A stretch of 63,819 nt of DNA, filler included, from Octopus bimaculoides (GCF_001194135.2; 11 parts of 10 records of this genome joined end to end with filler, not necessarily neighbours in it), one strand, 5' to 3'; shown: positions 1-12,289, numbered from the whole stretch's first letter. Made by a program: numbers and translations. Notes: generated by a model from the sequence alone, not told the origin.

Positions 1-200
1 CAAAGGTCGTGCTTCACCACCTTATCCCAGGTCTTCCTGGATCTACCTCTTCCACAGGTTCCCTCAACCACTAGGGTGTGGCACTTTTTCACACATCTGT
101 CCCCATCCATTCTTGCCACATGACCACACCAGCACAGTTGTCTCTCTCTTGCACTGATCCTGCCTATTGACAGGTTGATGCCTGTTCATTCATTCAGCAT
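1..200 (-). mobile_element. RTE-clade LINE, degenerate C-terminal ORF fragment
   Basis: Minus-strand translation RQLCWCGHVARMDGDRCVKKCHTLVVEGTCGRGRSRKTWDKVVKHDL matches the typical RTE C-terminal W.GHV.RM...GR.RKTW motif; homologous pieces lie at 12290-12560 and 61476-61607. Confidence 0.8.
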
Positions 201-492
201 CTCATGATATTCACTACTGACTCAGTAAGTTCATCTATTGAAATAGTTCCAGTTCACCATACTGCATCCCATGATTTCAGCATACCCTGGTTTGGGTGGC
301 TTACTTGCTATGTAATCTTGATGTACTCTCAGTATGACTTAGCCACTGTTGTTCACATGTCTACTCTGATTCATAGTAGCACATCTACTTTCAGTATGCA
401 AATTAGGGACTCCTTCATAGAGTAACTGCTGGATTTGTTGAGTATATAAACAGTTTGGCTGCTTGTTTCTCTGAAGACTCAGAATGATGTAG

Positions 493-540
493 ACACCTCT
501 GATGAGAACCTAATAAGGTTCGAAAATCAATTAAGGTTGT
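493..540 (+). ncRNA. Minimal type I hammerhead ribozyme, probably from a Penelope-like pseudo-LTR
   Basis: Stem I acacct(493-498)/aggt(t)gt(534-540), core CTGATGA (499-505), stem II gaacc-taataa-ggttc (506-521), GAAA (522-525), 2-bp stem III with tcaa loop, UUA cleavage triplet (531-533). Confidence 0.75.
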
Positions 541-601
541 TCATCATTTTTTTCAGTCTGTGGAGAAATGGCTTAAAAAATTTGCCCTGTTGATAATTAC
601 A

Positions 602-632
<31 letters not shown>

Positions 633-1829
633 NNNNNNNNNNNNNNNNNNNNNNNNNNNNNNNNNNNNNNNNNNNNNNNNNNNNNNNNNNNNNNNNNNNN
701 NNNNNNNNNNNNNNNNNNNNNNNNNNNNNNNNNNNNNNNNNNNNNNCATTTTCAGCTAAAAAAATTTCAAAATTGCTTTGGTAGAAAAAAGGTTTCAGTA
801 AAATATATGAGGTCAAAAATGGGAGAGTAATGCCTGAAATCGAGATTGAGTTGGATCTCTACTTTTTCAGGTCTGCCTCTAGTCGTCTTGAGTGCTCCCT
901 ATCTTCTGCCTCCCTTGTGTGTTCCAGATTGGGGCCTGAGATCTAATGCTGTATGTTGGTTTCTTTAAGATGTGGCCTTTCAATCCATCCCTACAATTCA
1001 AGATCTGTTCTTCTATTGGGACCTACCCACTCCCTTCAGCCACATTTCTTCATCTCTTATTTTTTGATAGTTAGAAAGGGAGTCAGTCTTGCAGCTTCCT
1101 TTTGGATTTTGCTGCACCACATCATGTCTCCCTGAGAGGAGGGGAAAAATCCTTCCGCTCCCAAGTCTTTCTGGTTTTGAAATTTCATCTATGCTTTTGT
1201 TACTTCACTATTTTTTTCTAGGTAGGGTTGTTGGCCATACACAAACTCATTTTTAGCGGTTTCATATTAGTCTCGCCTCCATCCTTTGGCCTTCTTAACA
1301 TGGGAGTCCTACACAGGTGTTTCTTTCCCACTAGCATAGGTCACAGTCAATTCATGCTCCTGGGGTTGATAACATATGGGCATACCTTACACAACTGTGC
1401 CCCCTAAACACCAATTTTGTTTCCTCATAACGTCCAGGCAAATGGATATTTTCAAGTGAAAATTTTCTACAAGTGCACTTCAGATGGCGTTGATTACTAT
1501 TATATCAGAATTTGTTGTGAAAAAGAAAAATACCTTGTGTGGGGAGAGGAGTCTTGAAATATTCACATTGTATCGGCTTTGTTTCTTCATAAGTTTTTGA
1601 AAAATGGGTATTGTTTAAGGAAATTTTCCACAAATAGGTGCAGGCTGGGTTACGTGGTAAGAGGCTTGCTTCCCAACGACATGGGAAGCCTTGTGAGTGG
1701 ATTTGGTTGACAGAAACTGAAAGAATCCCCTCATATATCTCTATTTATCTATCTATCTACCTATCTCTCTCACACACTATTTAATGGACATAATACATGT
1801 TTTTAAGTGCTACAGATAGTTTCTTGTGC

Positions 1830-2075
1830 TGAGAACATGCCAAATAATGAATTATAACGTGTAACATCTGACAGTCATCTTATAAATCTTACAAGAAACT
1901 CACCTATATACATAAACAGTCTTGTCACCTGCCTTGTAATGTTTAAAAACCTGAGAGCTAATATGAGTAACAGTGTCTAACCTTTCTTCCTCTAAAGAAA
2001 TTTTTCAGAAAGCAGCTCCCTACTATAATAATGCCCTAGCCAGTAGTGGCTTTAAAGATAAATTAATATATAACT
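1830..2075 (+). mobile_element. Penelope-like element, RT C-terminal fragment (pseudogenised)
   Basis: Translation across lesions gives SYKSYKK.TYIHKQSCH.P...VSNLSSSKEIFQKAAPYYNNALASSGFKDKLIY, typical of the Penelope RT thumb region. Confidence 0.75.
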
Positions 2076-2104
2076 CCTCTAATATTATTACTATTAATAA
2101 TAAT

Positions 2105-2328
2105 AATAACAATAGCTTCAAATTTTGCCACAAGTGCAGCAGTTTTGAGGAAAGATGATGAGTTGACTATATCGACCCCAGTGTTCAACTGGTACTTATT
2201 TTATCAACCCCTAGAGGATGAAAGACAAAGTTGACTTTGGCAAAATTTGAACTCAGAATGTAGCGTCGGGTGCAATATTGCTAAGTATTTCATCCAGCGT
2301 GCTAAAGATTCTGCCAGCTTACCACCTT
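2105..2328 (-). mobile_element. tRNA-derived SINE family A (head ggcggtgagctggcagaatcgttagc; body gtcgactttgcctttcatcc...gataaattaagtaccag)
   Basis: A/B-box-like head (gttcaaattcc). Near-identical copies at about 5850-5920, 7000-7110, 11245-11470, 33185-33400, 33450-33610, 34590-34768, 35660-35800, 55085-55300, 56570-56660, 56690-56870 and 60410-60630. Confidence 0.85.
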
Positions 2329-2335
2329 AATGATG

Positions 2336-2369
<34 letters not shown>

Positions 2370-2373
2370 CAAT

Positions 2374-3131
2374 GAACAAGAGTGATGTGTCACGATTGTA
2401 TGTAAAGAGGAGAGAGGGAGGACAGTAATTAGTGTGTTAAGAAGGTTGTGTAAGGGATGAGGAGAATAGCCTGGTTTGGTATGTCAAGGGTGGGTAATGA
2501 AGAAACGATTGAATCAGTGAAAATGCAGGGAACCTTAAAAGTGAATGAAGCCATAGATCCAACACAATTTAAGAAAGAGAGCAGATGAAGAAAATTTGGC
2601 AGGACAAGAAAATGCATTGTCAGTTCTTGAAGAATAAGGATGAGATTGATCGGAATAGAACCTGGCAATGGCTGCAGAAAGGAAACTTAAAAGGGCCCTC
2701 TGAAGCATTAGTGTGTAACACTCAGAACAAGTTACTCTAAATATCACATTGATAAAAGCACTGGTTTGCCACAGTGTAGGATGTGCTCTGAGAAAGAAGA
2801 AAGTATAAGCCATATTGTTAGTGAGTGCAGTAAGCGTGCACAACACGAATATAAAATGGGATACAACAATGTAGCCAGATATGTCCACTGGCAGTTGTGT
2901 GGTAAAGCAGACCTCGAGAGAGCTGAACAATGGTATAAACACAAGCCAGAGAGAGTAATGGAAAACGAACATTACAAAATACTCTGGGATTTAAACATGC
3001 TGTATGACCAAGTCATAGAGGCGACACGACCAGATATCGTTATCATCCATAAAGACGAAAAAGAAGTAAAGATAATAGATGTTGCGATACCAGGCGATTC
3101 GAGGGTGAAATTTAAGGAAACAAAGGATTGA
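2374..3131 (+). mobile_element. R4/Dong-type non-LTR retrotransposon, 3' part (RT C-terminus, CCHC finger, restriction-like endonuclease), decayed
   Basis: NKSDVSRLYVKRGEGG motif, then CRMCSEKEESISHIVSEC (CCHC), NNVARYVHW, YKILWD and RPDIVI...IIDVAIP (PD-(D/E)xK RLE motif); several stops upstream. Confidence 0.85.
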
Positions 3132-3539
3132 GAGATGTTTCGGTTTGTCCCCCACTATGTCTTGATAACTGGTGCTGATGTGCTTAAATCTCCGAAACTT
3201 AGCAGTTCAGCAAAATGGGGCGATAGAATAAGTATTAAGTTTTAAAAAAACTCCTAGGGTCAATTTGTTCTGCTAAAACGCTTCAAGGCAATGCCCCAGC
3301 ATGGATGCAATCAAATGACTGAAACACATAAAAGATAAAATATAAAAGATNNNNNNNNNNNNNNNNNNNNNNNNNNNNNNNNNNNNNNNNNNNNNNNNNN
3401 NNNNNNNNNNNNNNAACAAAGCCATCAACTTTGACGATGGTGACTCAGACGTTTGAAATATATCATTAACCAGTTCAACACAAGCACACAAGCGGCCTCA
3501 TGCATTTTATACGGAGATTATCTGATTCTCATCTACGAA

Positions 3540-3790
3540 CTATACCCGTGCAGGTGGCACATAAAATACACCATTTTGAGCGTGGCCAGTGCCGCCTGAC
3601 TGGCCTTCGTGCCGGTGGCACGTAAAAACACCCACTACACTCTTGAAGTGGTTGGCATTAGGAAGGGCATCCAGCTGTAGAAACTCTGCCAAATCAGATT
3701 GGAGCCTGGTGTAACCACCTGGTTCACCAGTCCTCAGTCAAATCGTCCAACCCATGCTAGCATTGAAAGCGGACGTTAAACGATGATGAT
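3540..3790 (+). mobile_element. RTE-type 3' UTR / RTE-tailed short repeat ending in (GAT)n
   Basis: Same sequence follows the RTE stop codon at 61607. Dispersed copies at about 11560-11830, 12980-13290, 15625-15730, 35850-36240, 36930-37330, 42330-42545, 43285-43370 and 58910-59130. Confidence 0.75.
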
Positions 3791-4375
3791 ATGAAATAAA
3801 TTCTTATTCATTTGCCTAAAAATTCTTCCAACGTGGGCAGCATTCCAGTAAATGAAACAAGTAAAAGGTAAAAGATGTATTAAAAATCGGAAATATAGAG
3901 GAAGAAAAGGGGATTTAATGAGAGTTAGCTTCCCTAAATATGGTCCGGGGTACAAAATGCGCGCGCATTCATATATACGCATGCGCAGGAAGTACTTTCG
4001 CTTCCATCTTGACACCGCCTTGTTATTGTTTGACGCACTTTTTCGATTGCTACACTCGTTTAAAATAATGTCCTTTACAAAAGATTTCTCCACATTCACA
4101 TAAAGTTAAAATGATATCCTTTTATAAGGGAACTGTCTATACAGAACTGATATATGCTTCTTTTCATAGATCTGTGCTTGGATTTACTGTCCGGAATATA
4201 TGCATGAAAGAATTTTGCATTCCGACCAAACTGGGACAACATTTTAAATGATTTTTGCAGCATCTTAAAATACTGTTTGCAGTCGATGAAAATATAACAA
4301 TAGAAATATTTATTAGGTATAAAATACAAAAATGCAAATCAGAAAATTATAATGTGGTGAGTAACGAAAAATAAT

Positions 4376-4475
4376 NNNNNNNNNNNNNNNNNNNNNNNNN
4401 NNNNNNNNNNNNNNNNNNNTTAATTAATTAANNNNNNNNNNNNNNNNNNNNNNNNNNNNNNNNNNNNNNNNNNNN
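4376..4475. other. Assembly gap marker (44 N + TTAATTAATTAA + 44 N); ten copies in the window
   Basis: Identical 12-mer inside N runs at 4420, 7425, 17966, 20407, 32388, 38095, 41168, 44729, 47692 and 58461; it carries stops in all six frames and is synthetic. Confidence 0.95.
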
Positions 4476-4507
<32 letters not shown>

Positions 4508-5413
4508 GTATGTGAGCGTAGCTCACATCCCGTGTAGACTATCTATCGTCCCTATAGTTATCATTTGCTCTAAGTACTGTTTAATATTGTTGGCTTCGGT
4601 AGAAATGGAGGCGAAGTCTAGATAATTCACTGAGTTTCTAGTTTACTTTATTATATCTACACTGACACTAGTACTACATTATTTTTGTCATTGATTCCTA
4701 TCTAAGTATTAGCTTAGTATCCCATGCTTTTGATAGTATGTATAGTGATGGCCTTGCTCGTTATCTGTTCTTATCTTACAAGACATCGCCTATTGTACTT
4801 CCACTGCTATTCACGGTTATCTGAACATATTTCTCTGTAATATTAACAAGCCGATAGTCTTCTTACAAATATTTTCTCAGCTCACTGTGGCTTGATCTAG
4901 ACATAATTAAAAACATCCTAGCGTTAACTATTCTGTAATTTTTCAGGCATAACAAAACTAAGACTGAATTATCAAATGTGTTAGACAAATGGAAGGATTA
5001 GTCGAACAAATCGAGCCCGGTAATTATATTAAGACTGGTATTTATTTTATCGGTCGCTTTTGTCGCACATCTAAGTTATGGAAGCCTAAAGAATGCTAAA
5101 ACTGGTTGTCAAACCGTGGTAATTATATATATATATATATATATATATACTCATATGCATATATATATATANNNNNNNNNNNNNNNNNNNNNNNNNNNNN
5201 NNNNNNNNNNNNNNNNNNNNNNNNNNNNNNNNNNNNNNNNNNNNNNNNNNNNNNNNNNNNNNNNNNNNNNNNNNNNNNNNNNNNNNNNNNNNNNNNNNNN
5301 NNNNNNNNNNNNNNNNNNNNNNNNNNNNNNNNNNNNNNNNNNNNNNNNNNNNNNNNNNNNNNNNNNNNNNNNNNNNNNNNNNNNNNNNNNNNNNNNNNNN
5401 NNNNNNNNNNNNN

Positions 5414-5459
<46 letters not shown>

Positions 5460-6558
5460 GGGTTCGACTAGTTCGACTAAGTATTCTGCAAGATGGTGCG
5501 CTCAGGCATGGCCACAGTGAAATGACTGAAACATGTAAAAGAATAAAAACCAAAACAAAATATGTATGTCTGTCTGTCTGCCTGTCTATTTGTATGACTG
5601 TATGTTTGTATTTATGTATGTATGTATGTATGTATGTATGTATGTATGTATGTATGCATGTACGTACGTACGTATGTATGTATATATGAAAACAGGGGAT
5701 TAGAAAATATTTTGGTATTACTTATTCACCGTTACACGTGTTTCATTTGCTACTGGGGAATTACAAAATTACACAAGTAGGAGAAACTCGTTAGATATCT
5801 TCCACGAGAAATTCTTCCAACAGAAAATCAAATAGTTGGTATTATTTAATTTCGCGCCTTGTGCCTAGAGTAGAAAATATTATTATTACGCTAAGGCGGT
5901 GAGCTGGCAGAATCGTTAACACGATTATTCGTAATGATGAAATTTACAAGGAACATAAGTTGAAGTGAATGAATACGAACTGTGAAATGATAAAGGAAGT
6001 AAGATATTAGAGAGAAATAGAAAGGTTAATTTGTCACGGAGAAATATGATTCATAGAAAAGAAATAATATATTCACTGGAGAGAACTGTAAAAGGCAAAT
6101 AAGAGAAGTGTAAGGTTTATTATAATTTAAGTGACTGCATGCGAAAAGTAAGGAACCGGAAATACGGGGAGGTGGATGTATTCAAGGTTTTGAAATATTG
6201 AATAGGGATGGGGCAGAGATACAAAGGACAGTCACAATTATATGAAGAGGGAAGGGGTTAAAGAAATATTTAGGAGGAGGAAAGCATAGCTTTTAACCGT
6301 GCAAGTAAAATACTTGTCTGTTGCTTAAATGTAAAATAATTGGAAGAAAATATAATGAAGTTAAAAGGTGAACATGGAGACAAATACAAGTTTGATTTTT
6401 GTTTATGAAAAAAAGTGAAATCGTTTTACTAATAGTTTTCGTCTCGCACGAAATAACTCTCAAAATACTTAGCAAGGAAAATAAGGGGTAGTGCAAGCAG
6501 AAAATAAAACTAAAAGCTGAATATTCGCGAGTTTACTGGTTGTAGAGATAGCAAATAC

Positions 6559-6602
<44 letters not shown>

Positions 6603-6612
6603 NNNNNNNNNN

Positions 6613-6850
6613 CGGGTTGGACAAAATAATGGAAACACCTAGCATCATAGCATCATGATTTTGAAATATCTATAAAACCGTCAAATGCTTGTTTATTTTT
6701 GTTTTGGGGGATTTGCTTAATATAATTTGCTAAAATTGCTGTTTCTTTTCAGATATCATCAGAAAAATGGTAATTAAAATTCATTAAAATGACAGATATA
6801 TCGGACTTTCAAAGAGGTCAAATTGTCTGAGACTAACTTAAAGTACGGGT
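6613..6850 (+). mobile_element. Tc1-family transposon, 5' end fragment
   Basis: TIR-like gggttggacaaaataatggaaacacc followed by a transposase start MTDISDFQRGQIV, typical of Tc1 N-termini, then truncated. Confidence 0.65.
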
Positions 6851-7139
6851 TATTTAGGAGAATTGTAAATATCGATGTACTACAATATTCGTGAAACTTG
6901 AGGAAACCTGGAGAAAAAATCCCAAATTCTTTCAACGATACTCCAGCTGTTAAATTGCTGTATATTTAACTTATCGCCTGTCTTTACGTTCTGACTTCAA
7001 ATTCCGCAATGTTGACACTGTCTTTCACCCGTTCAGGGTCGATAAAATAAGCACCAGTTACCCCATCTCAAACTTTCAGACCTTGTACCTATAGTAGAAA
7101 AGGATATTTCGAGATTTAACGAAAATGAGAAGAATTATC

Positions 7140-7380
7140 AAGGTTTACACGCAACACTCTAAGGAATATGGTTTTACAAATTGTACTGCGAACCAGGAAT
7201 TTCAACCATGTTTCGTGGTCTGCTACCACAACAGCTCCTTTATAGGAACCAGTTAGCTGAAGACATCATCAGGAGGAACCACGTCCGGTTTCGGCCCCTA
7301 CTCCTCTACCGTTTTGACGTAGCGGGGCCCCTCCTTTCGGAGGTGTCTTCAGCTCTGGTGTTGGGTGCATGTCTTCTTTC
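7140..7380 (-). mobile_element. Penelope-like pseudo-LTR remnant with two degenerate hammerhead-type cores
   Basis: Minus strand carries CTGAAGA (7346-7352), ggcccc/ggggcc stem then GAAAC (7288-7292), CTGATGA (7266-7272), gtggt/accac stem then GAAAC (7210-7214). Confidence 0.5.
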
Positions 7381-7526
7381 NNNNNNNNNNNNNNNNNNNN
7401 NNNNNNNNNNNNNNNNNNNNNNNNTTAATTAATTAANNNNNNNNNNNNNNNNNNNNNNNNNNNNNNNNNNNNNNNNNNNNCATCATCATCGTTTAAGCGG
7501 ACGTTAAACGATGATGATGATGATAC

Positions 7527-7560
<34 letters not shown>

Positions 7561-7789
7561 TTGTGTGTCTGTTTGTCCCCCCAGCATTGCTTGACAACCG
7601 ATGCTGGTGTGTTTACATCCCTGTAACTTAGCGGTTCAGCAAAAGAGACCGATAGAATAAGTACTAGGCTTACAAAGAATAAGCTCTGGGGTCGATTTGC
7701 TTGACTATAAAGGCGGTGCCCCAGCATGGCCGCAGTCAAATGACTGAAACAAGTAAAAGCGTAAAGGAGTAAACAGAAAATTCGTGAAT

Positions 7790-8590
7790 GTAAGAATTGA
7801 AACCACTACAATCAGACATGGGAAGTGACATCACAATCATAAATGAGAAAACATGGGAACAAATGGGTAAACCGAAATTATGTAGTCCAAACAAAATAGT
7901 GTAGGGTGTTATGAGAAGAAAATTATATTTCACAGGCGAACATGTTTGTAATATAATGTTCAAAGATTGAACCAAAAAAGTGAATGTTTATGAGTTGAAA
8001 AAAATCCGAGAATTTATTTGGCACCAAATGTATGGGGAAATTTAATTTATGGCATACACCCATAAGCGTTTTGTGCAATAATGTAAAAGGGGCAGTCAAA
8101 CGATCAAACGAGGTCGATGAACTGAAACCAAAACAAGTGATGTGGAACATCATGCATGAACTACTAGTAACTTTGGAAGAAATAAAAAAGAAATGCGAGA
8201 AATGACAAATTTACTAATGAGACAAAAAGAAAACTGTGATGGACAAAAGCAAATAAAGAAAGGTCTGATGCAAAGAACCCTGGTGTACTAATGTACACTC
8301 AGAGGGTGGTCATACCACAGACTTTACAGAAAAGAATGCTGAAAGAGTTCCATGTGGGACACCCAGGCGTCTCTAGAATGAAAGCGCTGATCTGAAGTTT
8401 CATATGCTGGCCAAGCATGGACAAGGAAGTTGAAAACCTGATAAAAGGCTGCAGAAGCTGTGTGCTGGCAGGGAAACTACCAACTACAAAATGTGAACCT
8501 TGGCTGGAAGTAAAAATATCATGGTCTTGATTTAATATCAATTTTGCAGGCTTGGTAAATGGATATTATTATTTAATAGTAGTGGACAGC
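7790..8590 (+). mobile_element. Gypsy/Ty3 pol remnant (protease and integrase pieces, RT largely deleted)
   Basis: SDMGSDITIINEKTWEQMGKPKL (protease), HVGHPGVSRMKAL...WPSMDKEVENLIKGCRSC (HHCC zinc-binding region), INFAGLVNGYYYLIVVDS (integrase start); stops and frameshifts. Confidence 0.85.
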
Positions 8591-8876
8591 TAGCATGCTT
8601 GTGACATTACCATGAGTGATGGCTTGCTTCAGTCGTTGAATCTTGTGGTGTGTGACCAATTGACACACCAGGTGTTGAATTGATGTTTCTTTCTTTTCCT
8701 TTTCTTTCTTCCTCTTTTTCTTATTTTTCTCCTTTTTTCTTTCTCCACTCATGTTTGTGTTTTCTTCAGTTTGGAATTTGTACTTTAATGTGGTTTTGTA
8801 TCATATATGCATCATATACATACATATATTCCAACAAAAAAAAACAAACTGGAGGACAACTTTCAAGGGTTTAATC

Positions 8877-9227
8877 CAGTGGTTCTCAACTGGGGTCCAT
8901 ATGACCCTTGAGGATCCAATTAAGATTTTTGTGGGTCCACACAATAAAATATTAAATTTGGGATCCATAATAGTATTTTAAGGGCCCCTGAAAAAACTCT
9001 GGCTTAGATGTATGTATTGGTATGCATTGCAAGAAACAGCCGGGTTTCTTTCCCTAACATTTCACAGGGTTCAACCTAAACAAGTTAATGTGTGAAAAGC
9101 AAAATAGAAATTTTGAAAGAAGGATCTATAAAACTAATTTTTCAGCATCGAAAGGCTGTGGGGTCCACCAGAATAAAATAGAAATCAAAGGGGTCTATAG
9201 GTAAAAAAAAATGGTTGAGAAACACTG
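8877..9227. mobile_element. hAT (Charlie-like) MITE
   Basis: TIRs cagtggttctcaac / gttgagaaacactg; 8-bp TSD gtttaatc / gtttaatt; inserted into a SINE tail. Confidence 0.85.
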
Positions 9228-10130
9228 GTTTAATTGAATAAGTCAACCCTAGTACTTATTTGCACACTCACACACACACACACACACACTCTTTTATCTT
9301 TTACTTGTTCCAGTGATTAGATGGCAGCCATGTTGGGGCACTCACAGCCTTTTGCTATTTTCAGCTTAACAAATCAACCCCGGTATTTTTTTTTTAAGCC
9401 TGATACTTATTCTATCAGTCTCTTTTGCTGAATTGCTAGATTACAGGGACAACAACAACAACAACAACAGCAGCAGCAGCATCAACAACAAATCTTGAAC
9501 TACTTTCTTAATAATTGTTAACAATACTGAACTGGATTCCCAAAATATTTCAATTTAAACAATCAGCTTAAGGAAACAAACCAAGCACTAACCTTCAACT
9601 CTGACATGCAGCATTGCAATCAGTTCAGAATTATTGTCAATGATTCTGTGTTTTTGATTTGATTACTCAAAACATTCCAACTATNNNNNNNNNNNNNNNN
9701 NNNNNNNNNNNNNNNNNNNNNNNNNNNNNNNNNNNNNNNNNNNNNNNNNNNNNNNNNNNNNNNNNNNNNNNNNNNNNNNNNNNNNNNNNNNNNNNNNNNN
9801 NNNNNNNNNNNNNNNNNNNNNNNNNNNNNNNNNNNNNNNNNNNNNNNNNNNNNNNNNNNNNNNNNNNNNNNNNNNNNNNNNNNNNNNNNNNNNNNNNNNN
9901 NNNNNNNNNNNNNNNNNNNNNNNNNNNNNNNNNNNNNNNNNNNNNNNNNNNNNNNNNNNNNNNNNNNNNNNNNNNNNNNNNNNNNNNNNNNNNNNNNNNN
10001 NNNNNNNNNNNNNNNNNNNNNNNNNNNNNNNNNNNNNNNNNNNNNNNNNNNNNNNNNNNNNNNNNNNNNNNNNNNNNNNNNNNNNNNNNNNNNNNNNNNN
10101 NNNNNNNNNNNNNNNNNNNNNNNNNNNNNN

Positions 10131-10224
10131 GTCTGGTTTAAAAAGCCACATCAGACGCCATGAAAGGGCTAAGGTGTAGGTGCAGGAGGTGGTCAAACTC
10201 TGTTTAAGGAGTAGACAACCACCA

Positions 10225-10230
<6 letters not shown>
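10131..10230 (+). mobile_element. RTE (BovB-like) LINE extreme 3' end
   Basis: SGLKSHIRRHERAKV* terminal motif followed by a short 3' UTR; the upstream part lies in a gap. Confidence 0.55.
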
Positions 10231-10263
<33 letters not shown>

Positions 10264-10899
10264 AAAACATACATATATATAAACACACACACTCATACAT
10301 ATATACATACACACACATATATGTACATACATATACATATACATATGCATGGTTTTAGTGAGCAAGTGTAGTTACATATACAGATATGCGTGTGTGTGTA
10401 TGTGTGCGAAGAGAGAGAGAAGTATAGAAAGATAAAAAAGATATATAGACAGATAAATAGATAGGTACAGGTATATACATATATATATATAAACATACAC
10501 ACACACATGCATGCACACACACACACATATACACATATATGGCTTTAGCATTTTATAAACCATGTTTTGTTTTCAAACTACAATGGAATGTCAGAAATGG
10601 CAGAGTGCCATTCAACGAAGGTTCTGGAATTTTAGTACATTTTTAAAGTTTTCATGTATTGGCCTGAGCCAGTGCCATATAAAGGCATGGGCACACAAGG
10701 CAGTTGCCCAGGGGCCTCATGGGTCAATGGTGGTGGTGGTGGGGTGGAGGGGTTCTTAGTTCTAATCCATATATGCCATACTTGCAGTCAATAAATAAAC
10801 ATCTCGAGTCATATATGTTATTATTATTGGAAAAATTTTCCCAATAATAATGTATTCAACTTGAGATGTTTGTCTTGCCTTAGTATCTATATACACACA

Positions 10900-11103
10900 C
10901 AAGGGGTGCTGAAAAGTTTAAGGGTATCGTGAAAGGCCTGGTTGAAGGCCCAACTTTCCGAGTTCTTTTACAGAGCTTAAAAAACTGAAGGACCGTTGCA
11001 AGTGTGTGAATCTGAGAGAGGAATACGTTGGATAAAATCATAATTAACTGATCCTCCTGTATTTTTTTTTACCCAAAGCCAGGAACTTTTCAGCATCCCC
11101 TTG
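10900..11103 (+). mobile_element. Internally deleted mariner derivative (MITE-like)
   Basis: TIRs caaggggtgctgaaaag / cttttcagcatccccttg followed by TA; retains transposase C-terminal KLKDRCKCVNLRGEYV. Confidence 0.8.
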
Positions 11104-11870
11104 TATACATATATATCAATTGAGGGTTCTTTGCCTCACAAGTTATTTGGTTACCTCACTGTTGCCACATAAAAAGCACACAGTACAATCTGTAAGGTAG
11201 GTACTGCTAGGAAGAGCATCCAGCCATAGAAACTACGACAAAGACGTCGAGCTGGCAGAAACGTTAGCCAGCTCGCCGGGCGAAATGCTTAGCGGTATTT
11301 CATCTGCTGCTATGTTCTGAGTTCAAATTCCACTGAGGTCGACTTTGCCTTTCATCCTTTTAGGGTCGATAAATTAAGTACCAGTTACTCACTGGGGTCG
11401 ATGTGATCGACTTAATCCCTTGTTTGTCCCCTCTATGCTTAGCCCCTTGTGGACAGTAAAGAAATAAGAAGCTATGACAAACCAGACAGAGCTTAGTACA
11501 GTATTCTGACTTGTTAGCTTCCGTGAAACCGTCCAACCCATGCCAGGATGGAAAACGAACGTTAAATGATGATGTTGGTGATGATAATCATCATCATTTA
11601 ATGTTCGTTTTCCATGCTGGCATGGATTGGACAGTTTGACAGGGGCCAGCAAGCTGGAGGGTTGAACCAGGCCCCAGTCTGTTTTGGCATGATTTCTATA
11701 GCCAACCACTTTGCAGAGTGTACTGAGTGCTTTTAAGTGGCACTGGCACAGGAGCTGTTTAATGTGGTGCTGGCATGGGTGCTTTTTTATGTGGTGCCAG
11801 CACAGCTGCTGTCTACATGGTACCAGTACCAATGGGGTTGCTAAGTGGCTTTGAAGACAAGGATGTCTCA

Positions 11871-11908
<38 letters not shown>

Positions 11909-12289
11909 ACTGAGAGAAGTGGCTGTATGCCAAGAGAAGGGTTAGAATATGATCGAGGGTCAGTGATAGCTGTCTTACTACAGAGAAAAAACATGGCTAC
12001 TACAGTAGGACAAGAAAGTGGAGAGAAGTGGGAGAAAGGGCCTAGCCACAGGAAGCAGTGGTGGGTAGCATGGGTAGCACAGAGGGTATAGAAGCGATAT
12101 TTAGAGAATAGCAAGTGATGTTGAGAGGTAACTACAAGGGCCTGTAGTAGGTGGTGGGGTTTTGGGGAGATGGTTGTGGGTAAGATTTTTGCCAGAGGAC
12201 AGAGTTATGTGTGTGTGAAGGAAAGGGATTTTATGACCATAAAGGACAAGCCTGTCTGTATGGATGGCCACGATTTTACTTAGCTTGAC

